Assembly: GCA_031264395.1 (NCBI GenBank)
Contig: JAISEB010000171.1
Span: forward strand, 1 to 39,742
Direction: 5' to 3'
DNA from: Treponema sp.
Lineage (GTDB): Bacteria > Spirochaetota > Spirochaetia > Treponematales > Breznakiellaceae
DNA: 39,742 nt
Each line of letters starts with the position of its first letter. Positions within the stretch are counted from its first letter, which is position 1. Under the pieces are notes generated by a model. It made no database searches. It was not told the origin of the DNA and saw only the letters and a program-made list of their open reading frames with translations. A program made the position numbers and the translations under genes. Below, one piece after another: positions 1-8,823 of this stretch.

Positions 1-756
1 TGGATGATTTCAAATTCTTTTAAAGGCCAGCGGGAGATTTTTAACAGTTTTTCGCTTGTTCCCCAGGCGTTTAATCTTGACAATTATATCCGGGGATGGA
101 AGTATAACGGTTCAATCTCATTCGGCGTGTTCTTTAAAAATTCATTTTTGTATACTTCTATCGCAACTCTTGGCGCGGTGCTGGCATCGGCGGCGGTTGC
201 CTATGGATTTGCCCGGATCCGTTTTTGGGGAAACCGGATTTTTTATTGTGTCATGTTTTTGACCCTCATGCTGCCCTACCAGGTTATCATGGTCCCCCAG
301 TTCATCATCTTTCAGAAGATCGGCTGGGTAAACACCTTTTTGCCGTTGATTGTTCCACAGTTTGGGGGACAGGCTTTTTTCATCTTTCTTATGGTTCAGT
401 TTATCCGGGGTATACCCAAAGAACTTGACCAGTCGGCAATGATAGACGGCTGTAACAAGTTTTCGATATTTATCCGTATTATTTTTCCGTTGATAACGCC
501 CGCCCTTATCACCTCCACTATTTTTAGTTTTTACTGGCGCTGGGATGATTTTCTTGGGCCTCTTTTATACTTGAACCGGCCCAGAAATTTTACCGTATCC
601 CTGGCATTGCGTATGTTCGCCGATCCCGCGACATCAACCGATTGGGGGGCGATATTCGCTATGGGAACCCTTTCGCTTGTTCCGGTATTTCTTATCTTTA
701 TTGTGTTTCAAAAGTACATTGTAGAAGGAATGGTAACTACCGGAATTAAAGGGTAA
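1..756 (+). CDS. Carbohydrate ABC transporter permease (MalG/AraQ type), 5' end cut by the window edge
   Basis: The reading frame is open to nt 1. The profile is strongly hydrophobic and multi-TM. An EAA-loop-like segment IPKELDQSAMIDGCNKFSIFIRIIFPL is typical of binding-protein-dependent sugar permeases. A glycoside hydrolase follows. Confidence 0.85.
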   Translation, partial: WMISNSFKGQREIFNSFSLVPQAFNLDNYIRGWKYNGSISFGVFFKNSFLYTSIATLGAVLASAAVAYGFARIRFWGNRIFYCVMFLTLMLPYQVIMVPQFIIFQKIGWVNTFLPLIVPQFGGQAFFIFLMVQFIRGIPKELDQSAMIDGCNKFSIFIRIIFPLITPALITSTIFSFYWRWDDFLGPLLYLNRPRNFTVSLALRMFADPATSTDWGAIFAMGTLSLVPVFLIFIVFQKYIVEGMVTTGIKG

Positions 757-811
757 TACTACATCATGCTTGGGATAGTTAAAATCTAACGCGGCCATCT
801 CAAAATCTGGC

Positions 812-2941
812 ATGATGTTTTATAATAGCCGTAATAAAGAGATAATAATGGAAACATGCTTTACCCTTGCCCTAAACACTTCTCTGTTGTTTGAAGGATG
901 GGATGGCAAACCGGTATTGAATGCCGTATCAATCTTAAAGCGGGATATGGCAAAAACGCTTGAAATGACGAAGGCTGAGGCCGGCCAAATATTTATCGCT
1001 CCTCCTGATGGTGCAATTTCCGAAGAGAGCTGGATCATAGAAGTTGCGCCAAACAAGATGACCGTGCGTACCGGCGGCAGTCTGGGCTGTGTGTACGCCC
1101 TGCTTTATATCAGCGAACAATTTTTGGGCGTTACCCCCTTCTGGTTTTGGAACGACCAACGTTTTATCAAAAGGCCTTCCGTGCCGGTTCCCACGGGTCT
1201 TTACCGTTCGCCGCGATATGCCGTCCGTTTTCGGGGATGGTTTGTCAACGATGAGGTGCTTATCGAGAATTGGGCCGCCGGACCGGCAAATACTGAACAT
1301 TGGCTGATGGTCTTTGAGGCGCTTTTACGCTGCGGCGGTAATATGGTAATACCTGGTACTGATACAAACAGCCGGAAATACCGCCAATTAGCGGCGGATA
1401 TGGGGCTATGGATTACCCATCACCACGCCGAGCCCTTGGGCGCGGAAATGTTCTCCCGGGTTTACCTTGATAAAACTCCATCATACTCCGTCAACGGCCA
1501 TTTATTTGAGGAACTTTGGGAGCAGGAGGTCAAAGAACAAAAAGAGCGCCGGGTACTATGGGGCCTGGGTTTCCGTGGGCAGGGGGATCGTCCCTTTTGG
1601 GCGGACGATCCGGACAGTGATACGGCGGAACGGCGGGGAAACCTTATAAGTGATGCCATTAACCGGCAATACCATATACTAACGTCTCATATCGAAAATC
1701 TGGTATGCTGTATTAACCTGTATGGCGAAATTGCCGAACTTTACCGGGCCGGAACTTTGAGTCTGCCGCCGGGAATAATCAAGGTCTGGGCCGATAATGG
1801 ATATGGGCGTATGGTGTCCCGAAGGCAGGGGGCGCATAACCCGCGTATTCATGCGCTGCCCTCCGCCGAAGATTCAAAGCCTCATGGTATTTATTATCAC
1901 TGTTCGTTCCATGATCTACAGGCTTCCAATCATCTTACCATGTCTCCCAATTCGGCGGAGTTTTTGGCGGCTGAACTGGAAAAATCCCTGGATGCCGGGG
2001 CCGGGGAATACTGGATCATTAACAGCGGAAGCGTAAAGCCCCATGTCCATACCCTGGATCTGGTAAGCGAACTGTGGCGGACCGGCCATGTAGATGTTAC
2101 CGCTTGGCGTTTGCGCTATGCCAAAACGTATTTTGGTGAACAAAAGGCCGAAGCTATTGCCGGCCTCTTTGCCGAATATGCCGTTAGTACGGCGAAGTAC
2201 GGCCCCAACGAAGATGACCGCGCCGGTGAGCAAATTTGGCACCATCCGGTACGGGAACTTCTTTGCCGGTGGGTCACCGGGGATACAGAGCACTGTGTAA
2301 ACAGCCTATGCTGGCTTACCGGAAACTTAAGCTTTCCCGATCAGGTTCAAAAGCTGGAAGCGATCTGTCGTGAAAGCCTTCCCCGCTGGGAGGCTTTTTG
2401 TGCGCAATGCGCCGCCCTGCTGCCTACCCTGGATGAACACGGACGCCGTCTTTTTAATGATAGTCTCTATTTGCAGGGAAGGCTCCAGCGGGATGGTGCG
2501 GCGGGGGCCTTGGCCTTCTGTGAAAGTTTTTATGCCTGGAATGACGGTGATATTGTTCGGGCTTTCGTGCTGGCGGAAAAATCCCGCTCCTGTTATGACA
2601 GAAGTGTCGGGACTTTGGCTGAAGCCGAACATGACGGATGGGTTGGATACTACCGGGGGGACTGCCTTACGGATGTCCGCCTTACCGCATCCTGCATGGA
2701 GGCGCTTGTTTCATATCTTCGCATCACCGGTGACGGCCCTGATTTCCACCGCTGGGAGCGGAATTTTCTTAAGCCTGCGGAGGAACGAAAGGTTATGCTC
2801 CTGAGCAGCAAGCAGCGGGCCATGGGCGACAGCAAATTGGCGGAAGCCCTTGGGCCGGCGCTGAATGTTAGCACTGAAAAAAATGTGGGACACCCAATAG
2901 GAATATCGAACAAGCCAATTGACATAACGGAGGATATATAA
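812..2941 (+). CDS. Glycoside hydrolase, GH115-like (alpha-glucuronidase family-like)
   Basis: 709-aa ORF. Segments RFRGWFVNDE and WITHHHAEPLGAEMF resemble the GH115 catalytic-domain motifs as I remember them (..GIFLNDE.. and ..SHHEP..). It lies between the sugar permease and the GH42 locus. The start is unresolved between ATG 812 and ATG 848 (METCF..). Confidence 0.55.
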   Translation: MMFYNSRNKEIIMETCFTLALNTSLLFEGWDGKPVLNAVSILKRDMAKTLEMTKAEAGQIFIAPPDGAISEESWIIEVAPNKMTVRTGGSLGCVYALLYISEQFLGVTPFWFWNDQRFIKRPSVPVPTGLYRSPRYAVRFRGWFVNDEVLIENWAAGPANTEHWLMVFEALLRCGGNMVIPGTDTNSRKYRQLAADMGLWITHHHAEPLGAEMFSRVYLDKTPSYSVNGHLFEELWEQEVKEQKERRVLWGLGFRGQGDRPFWADDPDSDTAERRGNLISDAINRQYHILTSHIENLVCCINLYGEIAELYRAGTLSLPPGIIKVWADNGYGRMVSRRQGAHNPRIHALPSAEDSKPHGIYYHCSFHDLQASNHLTMSPNSAEFLAAELEKSLDAGAGEYWIINSGSVKPHVHTLDLVSELWRTGHVDVTAWRLRYAKTYFGEQKAEAIAGLFAEYAVSTAKYGPNEDDRAGEQIWHHPVRELLCRWVTGDTEHCVNSLCWLTGNLSFPDQVQKLEAICRESLPRWEAFCAQCAALLPTLDEHGRRLFNDSLYLQGRLQRDGAAGALAFCESFYAWNDGDIVRAFVLAEKSRSCYDRSVGTLAEAEHDGWVGYYRGDCLTDVRLTASCMEALVSYLRITGDGPDFHRWERNFLKPAEERKVMLLSSKQRAMGDSKLAEALGPALNVSTEKNVGHPIGISNKPIDITEDI

Positions 2942-2943
2942 TC

Positions 2944-3048
2944 ATGAAACCTATACTTGTAATTCTTGCCGCCGGTATGGGAAGCCGTTACGGGGGCGTA
3001 AGCCCCTGTAGAAGGGGGAAGCATAAGGCTTGCCGCCAGTCTGTTTAA
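2944..3048 (+). pseudogene. 5' remnant of a sugar-phosphate nucleotidyltransferase gene (34-codon ORF)
   Basis: The ATG lies 2 nt after the GH115-like stop. The first 18 codons, MKPILVILAAGMGSRYGG, match the N-terminal glycine-rich loop LAAGxGSRxGG of NTP-transferase-fold enzymes. The similarity then ends abruptly (VSPCRRGKHKACRQSV-stop), and neither of the other two plus-strand frames continues it. Confidence 0.4.
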
Positions 3049-3189
3049 GAGATTTATGGTAAACCGCTTTGCGGTTTACCTGTGCAAAAGTCCAAGGCCC
3101 CTACGAGGCCAATAATGCGGCAAGGCTGAAGCGTGAGGGTCGGCAACAAAATTACTACGGTTTTCCCCCCAAGGCGTGATACAAAAAAA

Positions 3190-4077
3190 TTATGATGGGG
3201 GGGCACTAATTGCCTTGGAATAAAATGACTTTTCATCGCTACTGATAGATTTGACAAAGAAAGATGGCGCTACAGAACGGACCTTTTTATACAGGCGGGA
3301 AAAATATGAAACATCACAATAACCGACTTTTAACGCCGCTTCTTCGATAGAGATGAGCGGATCTGCGGTTACGATAGTTTCAAATCGTTCAATTTTTTTA
3401 ATTATACAAAGATGTTTGAAACTCATATGCAGTTTTTTATTAAGAGCGTTTAATATAGTTGATTGGCTGTAGCCTAAATGGGCTGCTACTTCCTGAAACG
3501 AAATAGGGGCTGAAATATGGTTTTCAATCCAGCGTAAAACCTCTGCGGTTATGTCTAACTGGCGTGTCCTGATATAACCCTTGGAAACGATATAATCACA
3601 AAGCATGGAAAAAAGATTAATCATATTTTCCATCGAAGCCTTATCAAAAAAAGGCTGTTCAGTAAAGGCGTTTTGCAAAACGGCCGGAGCAAACCCATTC
3701 TTTTCCCAGCCCTGAAGTATCACGAGGGGAATATTATCTTGGGTTCTGAATTGGCCTAACATGACATACCCTACGACTTCCTCATTGAGTTTGATGGGGA
3801 ACGCCGTATCTATGAGGCCGGCATGGCAGGTATAAACCAGGGGGGTCAAACTATTTTTAGAACGAAGACACATCTCATGATCCATCTGGATACAACGATG
3901 ATCGTAATGGAGTTTTTCCCTGACAAGTTTGCAATAACCGCACAGCGGATAGAATCCTATGGTCATATTTTTCTGTACATCCGCTGAGAAAATAGAGATG
4001 CATACTTTAAAGCAATAGGAAAAACTGGTTATCAGCTTCCTAACCTTTTCTTCAAAAAAGACATCTATCGCCTTCAT
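3190..4077 (-). CDS. AraC-family transcriptional regulator with an N-terminal PocR sensory domain
   Basis: The N-terminal half is Cys/His-rich and PocR-like (LCGYCKLV..HYDHRC..TCHAGLIDTAFPI). The C-terminus carries the AraC dual HTH (ISFQEVAAHLGYSQSTILNALNKK..IEEAALKVGYCDVSYFSRLYKK). It is divergent from the GH42 gene. Confidence 0.85.
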   Translation of the reverse strand: MKAIDVFFEEKVRKLITSFSYCFKVCISIFSADVQKNMTIGFYPLCGYCKLVREKLHYDHRCIQMDHEMCLRSKNSLTPLVYTCHAGLIDTAFPIKLNEEVVGYVMLGQFRTQDNIPLVILQGWEKNGFAPAVLQNAFTEQPFFDKASMENMINLFSMLCDYIVSKGYIRTRQLDITAEVLRWIENHISAPISFQEVAAHLGYSQSTILNALNKKLHMSFKHLCIIKKIERFETIVTADPLISIEEAALKVGYCDVSYFSRLYKKVRSVAPSFFVKSISSDEKSFYSKAISAPPS

Positions 4078-4260
4078 GCTAGGGACGATACCATCTTTTC
4101 ACGTACAAGAACAGGGGAGCTAAGAGCAACAAAAACAAGAAAATTACGGAAAAGTCCTACTATTCCGTGTAAATAGTCATGGACTTGCATGGAAACAAAA
4201 CTTACCATAAAACGGATATTTATAAAAGGCAGCCTAAGCATACCTAAAGAGGAGTGCGCC

Positions 4261-6270
4261 ATGAGGTATCCGCCGATTGTAAAAAGTATTCCCCATATTC
4301 TGCATGGGGGCGATTATAACCCCGACCAATGGATCAGGTGGAAGGATACGATCTGGAAGGAGGACATGCGGCTCGCCAAACTGGCGGGAATCAATACCCT
4401 GACGCTGGGGATGTTCTCCTGGAGCGCCCTTGAACCGGAGGAAGGGCGATATAACTTTGACTGGCTTGATGAACTGATGGATATGATGGCCGAAAACGGC
4501 ATCGCCGCGGTCCTGGGTACGCCCTCCGGGGCCCGGCCCGCCTGGATGAGCAAGAAGTATCCCGAGGTGTTGCGGGTAAACGAGTCCCGCTTCCGGAACG
4601 TCCACGGGGAACGGCACAACCACTGCCTTTCCTCCCCGGTCTACCGGGAGAAGACGAGGGCTATTAACGAGCGTCTGGCGCGGCGTTACAAGGATCATCC
4701 CGCCCTGGCGGTTTGGCATGTCTCCAATGAATATTCCGGGGAATGTCACTGCCCCCTCTGCCAGGCAAAATTCCGCGTATACCTACAAACCAAGTACAAG
4801 ACCCTGGACGCCCTGAACGAAGCCTGGTGGACCGCCTTTTGGAGCGCCACGGTAAGCGATTGGGATCAAATTGAAAGCCCCGGCAGTCCCGGCAACGGAG
4901 GCCACAACGGCCTCAAGCTGGATTGGCGGCGTTTTACCACCGAGCAGTTTGTGGATTTTTACCTGAACGAAACGGCGCCCCTCAAGGAGATTACCCCGGA
5001 TATTCCCTGCACTACTAACCTTATGGCCGAGTATACGGGGATAGACTACACCCGCTTTGCCGAAGTCCTTGATGTGGCCGCCTGGGATTCCTACCCCCAG
5101 TGGACCAGCGCGGAGGGTAATGGAGAAATCGGGCTGCGCACCTCCTATTACCATGATCTGATGCGGGGCCTTAAACGAAAACCCTTCATGCTGCTGGAAT
5201 CCTGCCCCTCCGCCACGAACTGGCGTCCCGTAGCCAAGCTGCACCGGCCGGGAGTCCACAAGCTCCAGTCCCTCCAGGCCCTGGCCCACGGCGCGGATAC
5301 GGTTCAATACTTCCAGTTCCGCAAGAGCCGTGGGGGGCCGGAGCAGCACCACGGCGCGGTGGTCGATCACCGGGGCACCGAACATACGCGGGTTTTCCGT
5401 GAAGTCGCCGATCTGGGGGATTGTTTGAAGGGCCTTGACGATCTGGTGGGAACGGACACGCCGGCGGAAGCGGCGTTGATTCACGATTATCAGGTGCGCT
5501 GGGCACTGGAAGACGTGAGAGGTCTTTTGCAGGAAAGAACCGGCTACGGGGAAACGCTGATTGAGCATTACCGGACATTCTGGAAACGGGGCATTCCCCT
5601 GGATATTATCGACTCCCGGCAGAGTCTGGAAAAATACCGTCTGGTGATCGCCCCCATGCTGTACCTGCTGCGGGAAGGAACAGCCGAACGGATCGATGAG
5701 TTTGTCCAAAACGGCGGAATATTTGTTGCCACCTACGCTACCGGTTATGTGAACGAAAGCGCCCTTGCTTTTTTGGGCGGTTTCCCCGGCCCCCTTAAAA
5801 AAACGTTAGGCATCTGGTGCGAGGAAATTGACGCCCTGTACCCCGGAGAAACAAATTCCATTGAATGGGAAGGCAGGAGCTACCGGGCCTTTGATCTGTG
5901 CGAACTTGTCCATGGAGAAGGGGCGGAAGTTCTTGGCGTTTACGGCGGTGATTTTTATGCCGGAACTCCCGCGCTAACGGTACACCGCCGGGGAAAGGGG
6001 CGCTCTTACTTTATCGCGGCGCGGACCGGGGAAGATTTCCTTGATGATTTTTACCGCCGGCTTACAACGGAGGCGGGCATCCGGCCCCTGTTTGAGGAAT
6101 TGCCAGAAGGGGTCACGGTCCAGATCCGTAGTGACGGCAAAACGGATTTTGTCTTTCTTATGAATTTCACCAGCGGGAAAGCGCTTGTTCCGGCGGGGTC
6201 CGGCAGAACCGCAATCGGTCTTGAGCCCTTTGAGGTAAAGATCCTGCGTTCCAAAAAGAAAACATTGTGA
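4261..6270 (+). CDS. GH42 beta-galactosidase
   Basis: The N-terminus is HGGDYNPDQW..DMRLAKLAGINTLTLGMFSWSALEPEEGRYNFDWLDELMD. NEY and the Cys cluster (HCLSS..ECHCPLC) are typical of GH42. I chose ATG 4261 because AGAGGAG lies 6-8 nt upstream; the ORF-track start at 4189 has no SD. Confidence 0.9.
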   Translation: MRYPPIVKSIPHILHGGDYNPDQWIRWKDTIWKEDMRLAKLAGINTLTLGMFSWSALEPEEGRYNFDWLDELMDMMAENGIAAVLGTPSGARPAWMSKKYPEVLRVNESRFRNVHGERHNHCLSSPVYREKTRAINERLARRYKDHPALAVWHVSNEYSGECHCPLCQAKFRVYLQTKYKTLDALNEAWWTAFWSATVSDWDQIESPGSPGNGGHNGLKLDWRRFTTEQFVDFYLNETAPLKEITPDIPCTTNLMAEYTGIDYTRFAEVLDVAAWDSYPQWTSAEGNGEIGLRTSYYHDLMRGLKRKPFMLLESCPSATNWRPVAKLHRPGVHKLQSLQALAHGADTVQYFQFRKSRGGPEQHHGAVVDHRGTEHTRVFREVADLGDCLKGLDDLVGTDTPAEAALIHDYQVRWALEDVRGLLQERTGYGETLIEHYRTFWKRGIPLDIIDSRQSLEKYRLVIAPMLYLLREGTAERIDEFVQNGGIFVATYATGYVNESALAFLGGFPGPLKKTLGIWCEEIDALYPGETNSIEWEGRSYRAFDLCELVHGEGAEVLGVYGGDFYAGTPALTVHRRGKGRSYFIAARTGEDFLDDFYRRLTTEAGIRPLFEELPEGVTVQIRSDGKTDFVFLMNFTSGKALVPAGSGRTAIGLEPFEVKILRSKKKTL

Positions 6271-7658
6271 ATAAAAATACAACGGAAAAAACGCTGTTAC
6301 AACTTTTTTTGCCTGTTTTTTTTGAATATACGCTGCTAATGGCGGTTGGCGTAGTAGATACCATTATGTTGTCAACCGTCAGCGACCAGGCGGTTGCAGC
6401 GTCGGGAACCGCAAATACCTATTTATATCTTGTTTCCATGATTTTTACCATAATGTCTACCGGCGCACTGGCGGTTATGACGCAGTATATCGGCGCAAAA
6501 CATCCGGAAGTTGCCGAGCGGGCCAAAACAATCGGCCTCTTGTTTAATTTCGGATGCGGCCTCCTCTTTAGCGTCTTGTTCGCGTTTGGTTCAAACACGA
6601 TACTGGTTTTTCTGAATACCTCACAGGCGATAACGGCCGACGCCGCGGTATACATGAGCATAGTCGGAGCCGCCCTGGTATTCTTGTCCATGACGAATAT
6701 ATATTCGTCGTATTTACGTTCATTCGGACATCCCAAACTTACCCTGATAGGATCGGCGGCCGCGAATATTGTTAACATTATTTTAAACGCGGCGTTTCTC
6801 GCGGCCGGCCTTGGCATTAAGGGCGTCGCGCTTGCGACCCTGACAGCGCGAATCGTAAATCTGGTATTGTCAATTATTTTCGCGGAACGGATTAAGCGTA
6901 AAAGAATTGAAAAACCTCTGGAAACCCGGCCGGGGTTTCCAGAGGTTCCCATGATTGGCAATACGAAGATATTCAGGCAAATATTGAAAATTGGTTTGCC
7001 GTCGGCGGTTGAAGTGATCGTGTTCAATTTGTCAATTTCATTTATGGTAAAATGTCTTAACCAGATGGACCCGGAGGGCATCGCTATAGGCGTATATTCA
7101 TATTGTAACCAGATATGCAATCTGATATATTGCGTGGCGGTAAGTTTAAGCCAGGCCAATGGAATCATTGTCGGCTGGCGGGTTGGCGAAGGCCGTTTTG
7201 AAGCCTGTTACCGTGAAACCATGAAAGCGGTTAAATACGGCATTGCGGTTACCGCGCTTGCTGCGGTGTTGTCTGCGTTTGCCGGGAAAACACTGCTTGG
7301 TATCTTGACGGACAATCAGCTTATTCTTGGCTTTGTTTCCATGATCATGATAATAAACATTGTCAAAGAAATTGGCCGGGCGGGCAACTACATTATATCA
7401 ATGGCGCTTAGAACATCGGGAGACGCCGCAATAACGGTGATTATGGGATTGGTGACAATGCCGCTGGGCGCGTTCCTGGGCAGTTATGTTTTGGGAATAA
7501 AATACGGCATGGGTGTATATGGCGCGTGGATTGGCATGACCTTGGACGAGGGCCTGCGTTGTTTATGGATGTATGCGCGGTTTCGTTCAAGAAAATGGAT
7601 GTCAAAAGTATTGGTACATGCACAAGAAGCCGATACTTACAATAGCGTTGTTCAATAA
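6267..7658 (+). CDS. MATE family efflux transporter
   Basis: 463 aa with a 12-TM-like profile. The N-terminus LLQLFLPVFFEYTLLMAVGVVDTIMLS is typical of MATE/NorM. The GTG start overlaps the GH42 stop (GTGA). Confidence 0.85.
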   Translation: MNKNTTEKTLLQLFLPVFFEYTLLMAVGVVDTIMLSTVSDQAVAASGTANTYLYLVSMIFTIMSTGALAVMTQYIGAKHPEVAERAKTIGLLFNFGCGLLFSVLFAFGSNTILVFLNTSQAITADAAVYMSIVGAALVFLSMTNIYSSYLRSFGHPKLTLIGSAAANIVNIILNAAFLAAGLGIKGVALATLTARIVNLVLSIIFAERIKRKRIEKPLETRPGFPEVPMIGNTKIFRQILKIGLPSAVEVIVFNLSISFMVKCLNQMDPEGIAIGVYSYCNQICNLIYCVAVSLSQANGIIVGWRVGEGRFEACYRETMKAVKYGIAVTALAAVLSAFAGKTLLGILTDNQLILGFVSMIMIINIVKEIGRAGNYIISMALRTSGDAAITVIMGLVTMPLGAFLGSYVLGIKYGMGVYGAWIGMTLDEGLRCLWMYARFRSRKWMSKVLVHAQEADTYNSVVQ

Positions 7659-7704
7659 CTTGTGTCATTGAGCAACTTCCGCTTGAATCCGTACGGAGGT
7701 TTTC

Positions 7705-8124
7705 ATGAATGTGTATACCATGGAAGAACTGTTCAAAAAGGCCGGGGAAGCCGCCCGCGCCGCCTACGCGCCCTATTCGAAATTCAGGGTGGGAGCGGCG
7801 CTGGCCTGTGAGGACGGGACGATCTTTTCAGGCTGTAATGTTGAAAACCGTTCCTTCGGGCTTACGATCTGTGCCGAACGGAACGCCGTCTTTCAGGCCG
7901 TCGCCGCGGGGAGGCGCCGTTTTGCCGCCCTTGCCATAGCCACGCCCGATTCGGCTGAACCGGTCGGGCCCTGCGGCGCCTGCCGCCAGGTGTTAAGCGA
8001 GTTCATGGCGGAAGACGCCCCGGTCCGTTTCGGGGGCTCGGGGCCCCGGCGGGTTGACGCAACTATTGGGGAACTCTTGCCCCATGATTCACTTCACGAT
8101 CTTGCGGATTCTGCCTCCCATTGA
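7705..8124 (+). CDS. cdd: Cytidine deaminase
   Basis: 139 aa. Zinc-binding motifs CAERNA and PCGACRQ are present. A GGAGG SD lies upstream of the ATG. Confidence 0.9.
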   Translation: MNVYTMEELFKKAGEAARAAYAPYSKFRVGAALACEDGTIFSGCNVENRSFGLTICAERNAVFQAVAAGRRRFAALAIATPDSAEPVGPCGACRQVLSEFMAEDAPVRFGGSGPRRVDATIGELLPHDSLHDLADSASH

Positions 8125-8154
8125 CATATTTTGACATTTTGTACATCATGCGGT

Positions 8155-8823
8155 ATGGACGATGATATTTTGACTATAGAGGAAGTCGCGAAATATCTGC
8201 GGGTTTCCGAGCGGACGGTGTACGACTGGGCCCAAAAAGGAGAGATACCGTCGGGCAAGATAGGAACCGTCTGGCGCTTCAAAAGATCCGATATAGAAAC
8301 CTGGGTCAACGACAGGCTTTCGGGCGACCGCATGGGGCCTCAGCCCGCGTCGATTTCCGTCGACGCCATCATATCCCCCGGACGCATCCTCTTCCTCAAT
8401 TATTATTCCAAACGGGATGTCCTTGTCGCCCTGGCCGACAATCTGGGCGGGGCCCCCCAGGTAAAGAACCGCCAGGAACTGATTCAGGAAATTTTGCGGC
8501 GCGAAGAACTGATGAGCACCACCATAGGCCGGGGCATCGCCATTCCCCACATCAGGCTTTCGTCGGTTACCGACCTTGTCGTGTCTGTCGGCATAAGCCG
8601 GGTTGACATAACCGATTTCAAGGCCCTTGACGACGAGCCGGTACGCCTTGTTTTCATGATAGCCGCCGCCTATAACCAGCACGCCTATTATCTGCAGACC
8701 CTTTCGTTTTTCAGCGCCCGCCTTAAAAACCGCGAGCTGCGGGATTCCCTTCTTGGGGCAAAAACGGAAGACGATGTGTACGGCATTCTTACTCAAAGAT
8801 CACCGCAGACCAGTAATCTGTAA
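8155..8823 (+). CDS. Fusion protein: excisionase/MerR-type HTH (HTH_17-like) plus a PTS EIIA type-2 (PtsN-like) domain
   Basis: The N-terminus LTIEEVAKYLRVSERTVYDWAQKGEIPSGKIGTVWRFKRSDIETWV is a classic excisionase-family HTH. The C-terminal domain carries GRGIAIPHIR, the EIIA-2 phospho-His motif. The ORF track starts at TTG 8131; ATG 8155 (MDDDILT) is more plausible. Confidence 0.75.
   Translation: MDDDILTIEEVAKYLRVSERTVYDWAQKGEIPSGKIGTVWRFKRSDIETWVNDRLSGDRMGPQPASISVDAIISPGRILFLNYYSKRDVLVALADNLGGAPQVKNRQELIQEILRREELMSTTIGRGIAIPHIRLSSVTDLVVSVGISRVDITDFKALDDEPVRLVFMIAAAYNQHAYYLQTLSFFSARLKNRELRDSLLGAKTEDDVYGILTQRSPQTSNL

Noticed and set aside
2990-3009. GTAAG immediately after the point where the nucleotidyltransferase similarity breaks, considered as a possible intron boundary
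   Set aside because: There is no GUGYG group II 5' consensus, no domain V-like hairpin, no intron-encoded ORF, and no downstream exon continuing the protein in any frame. A deletion scar is the simpler explanation.
8121-8136. Two TTGACA hexamers 10 nt apart, overlapping the cdd stop
   Set aside because: No acceptable -10 element lies at 16-18 nt from either hexamer (CATCAT, TATGGA), and the second -10 would fall on the start codon. The gene is probably co-transcribed with cdd.
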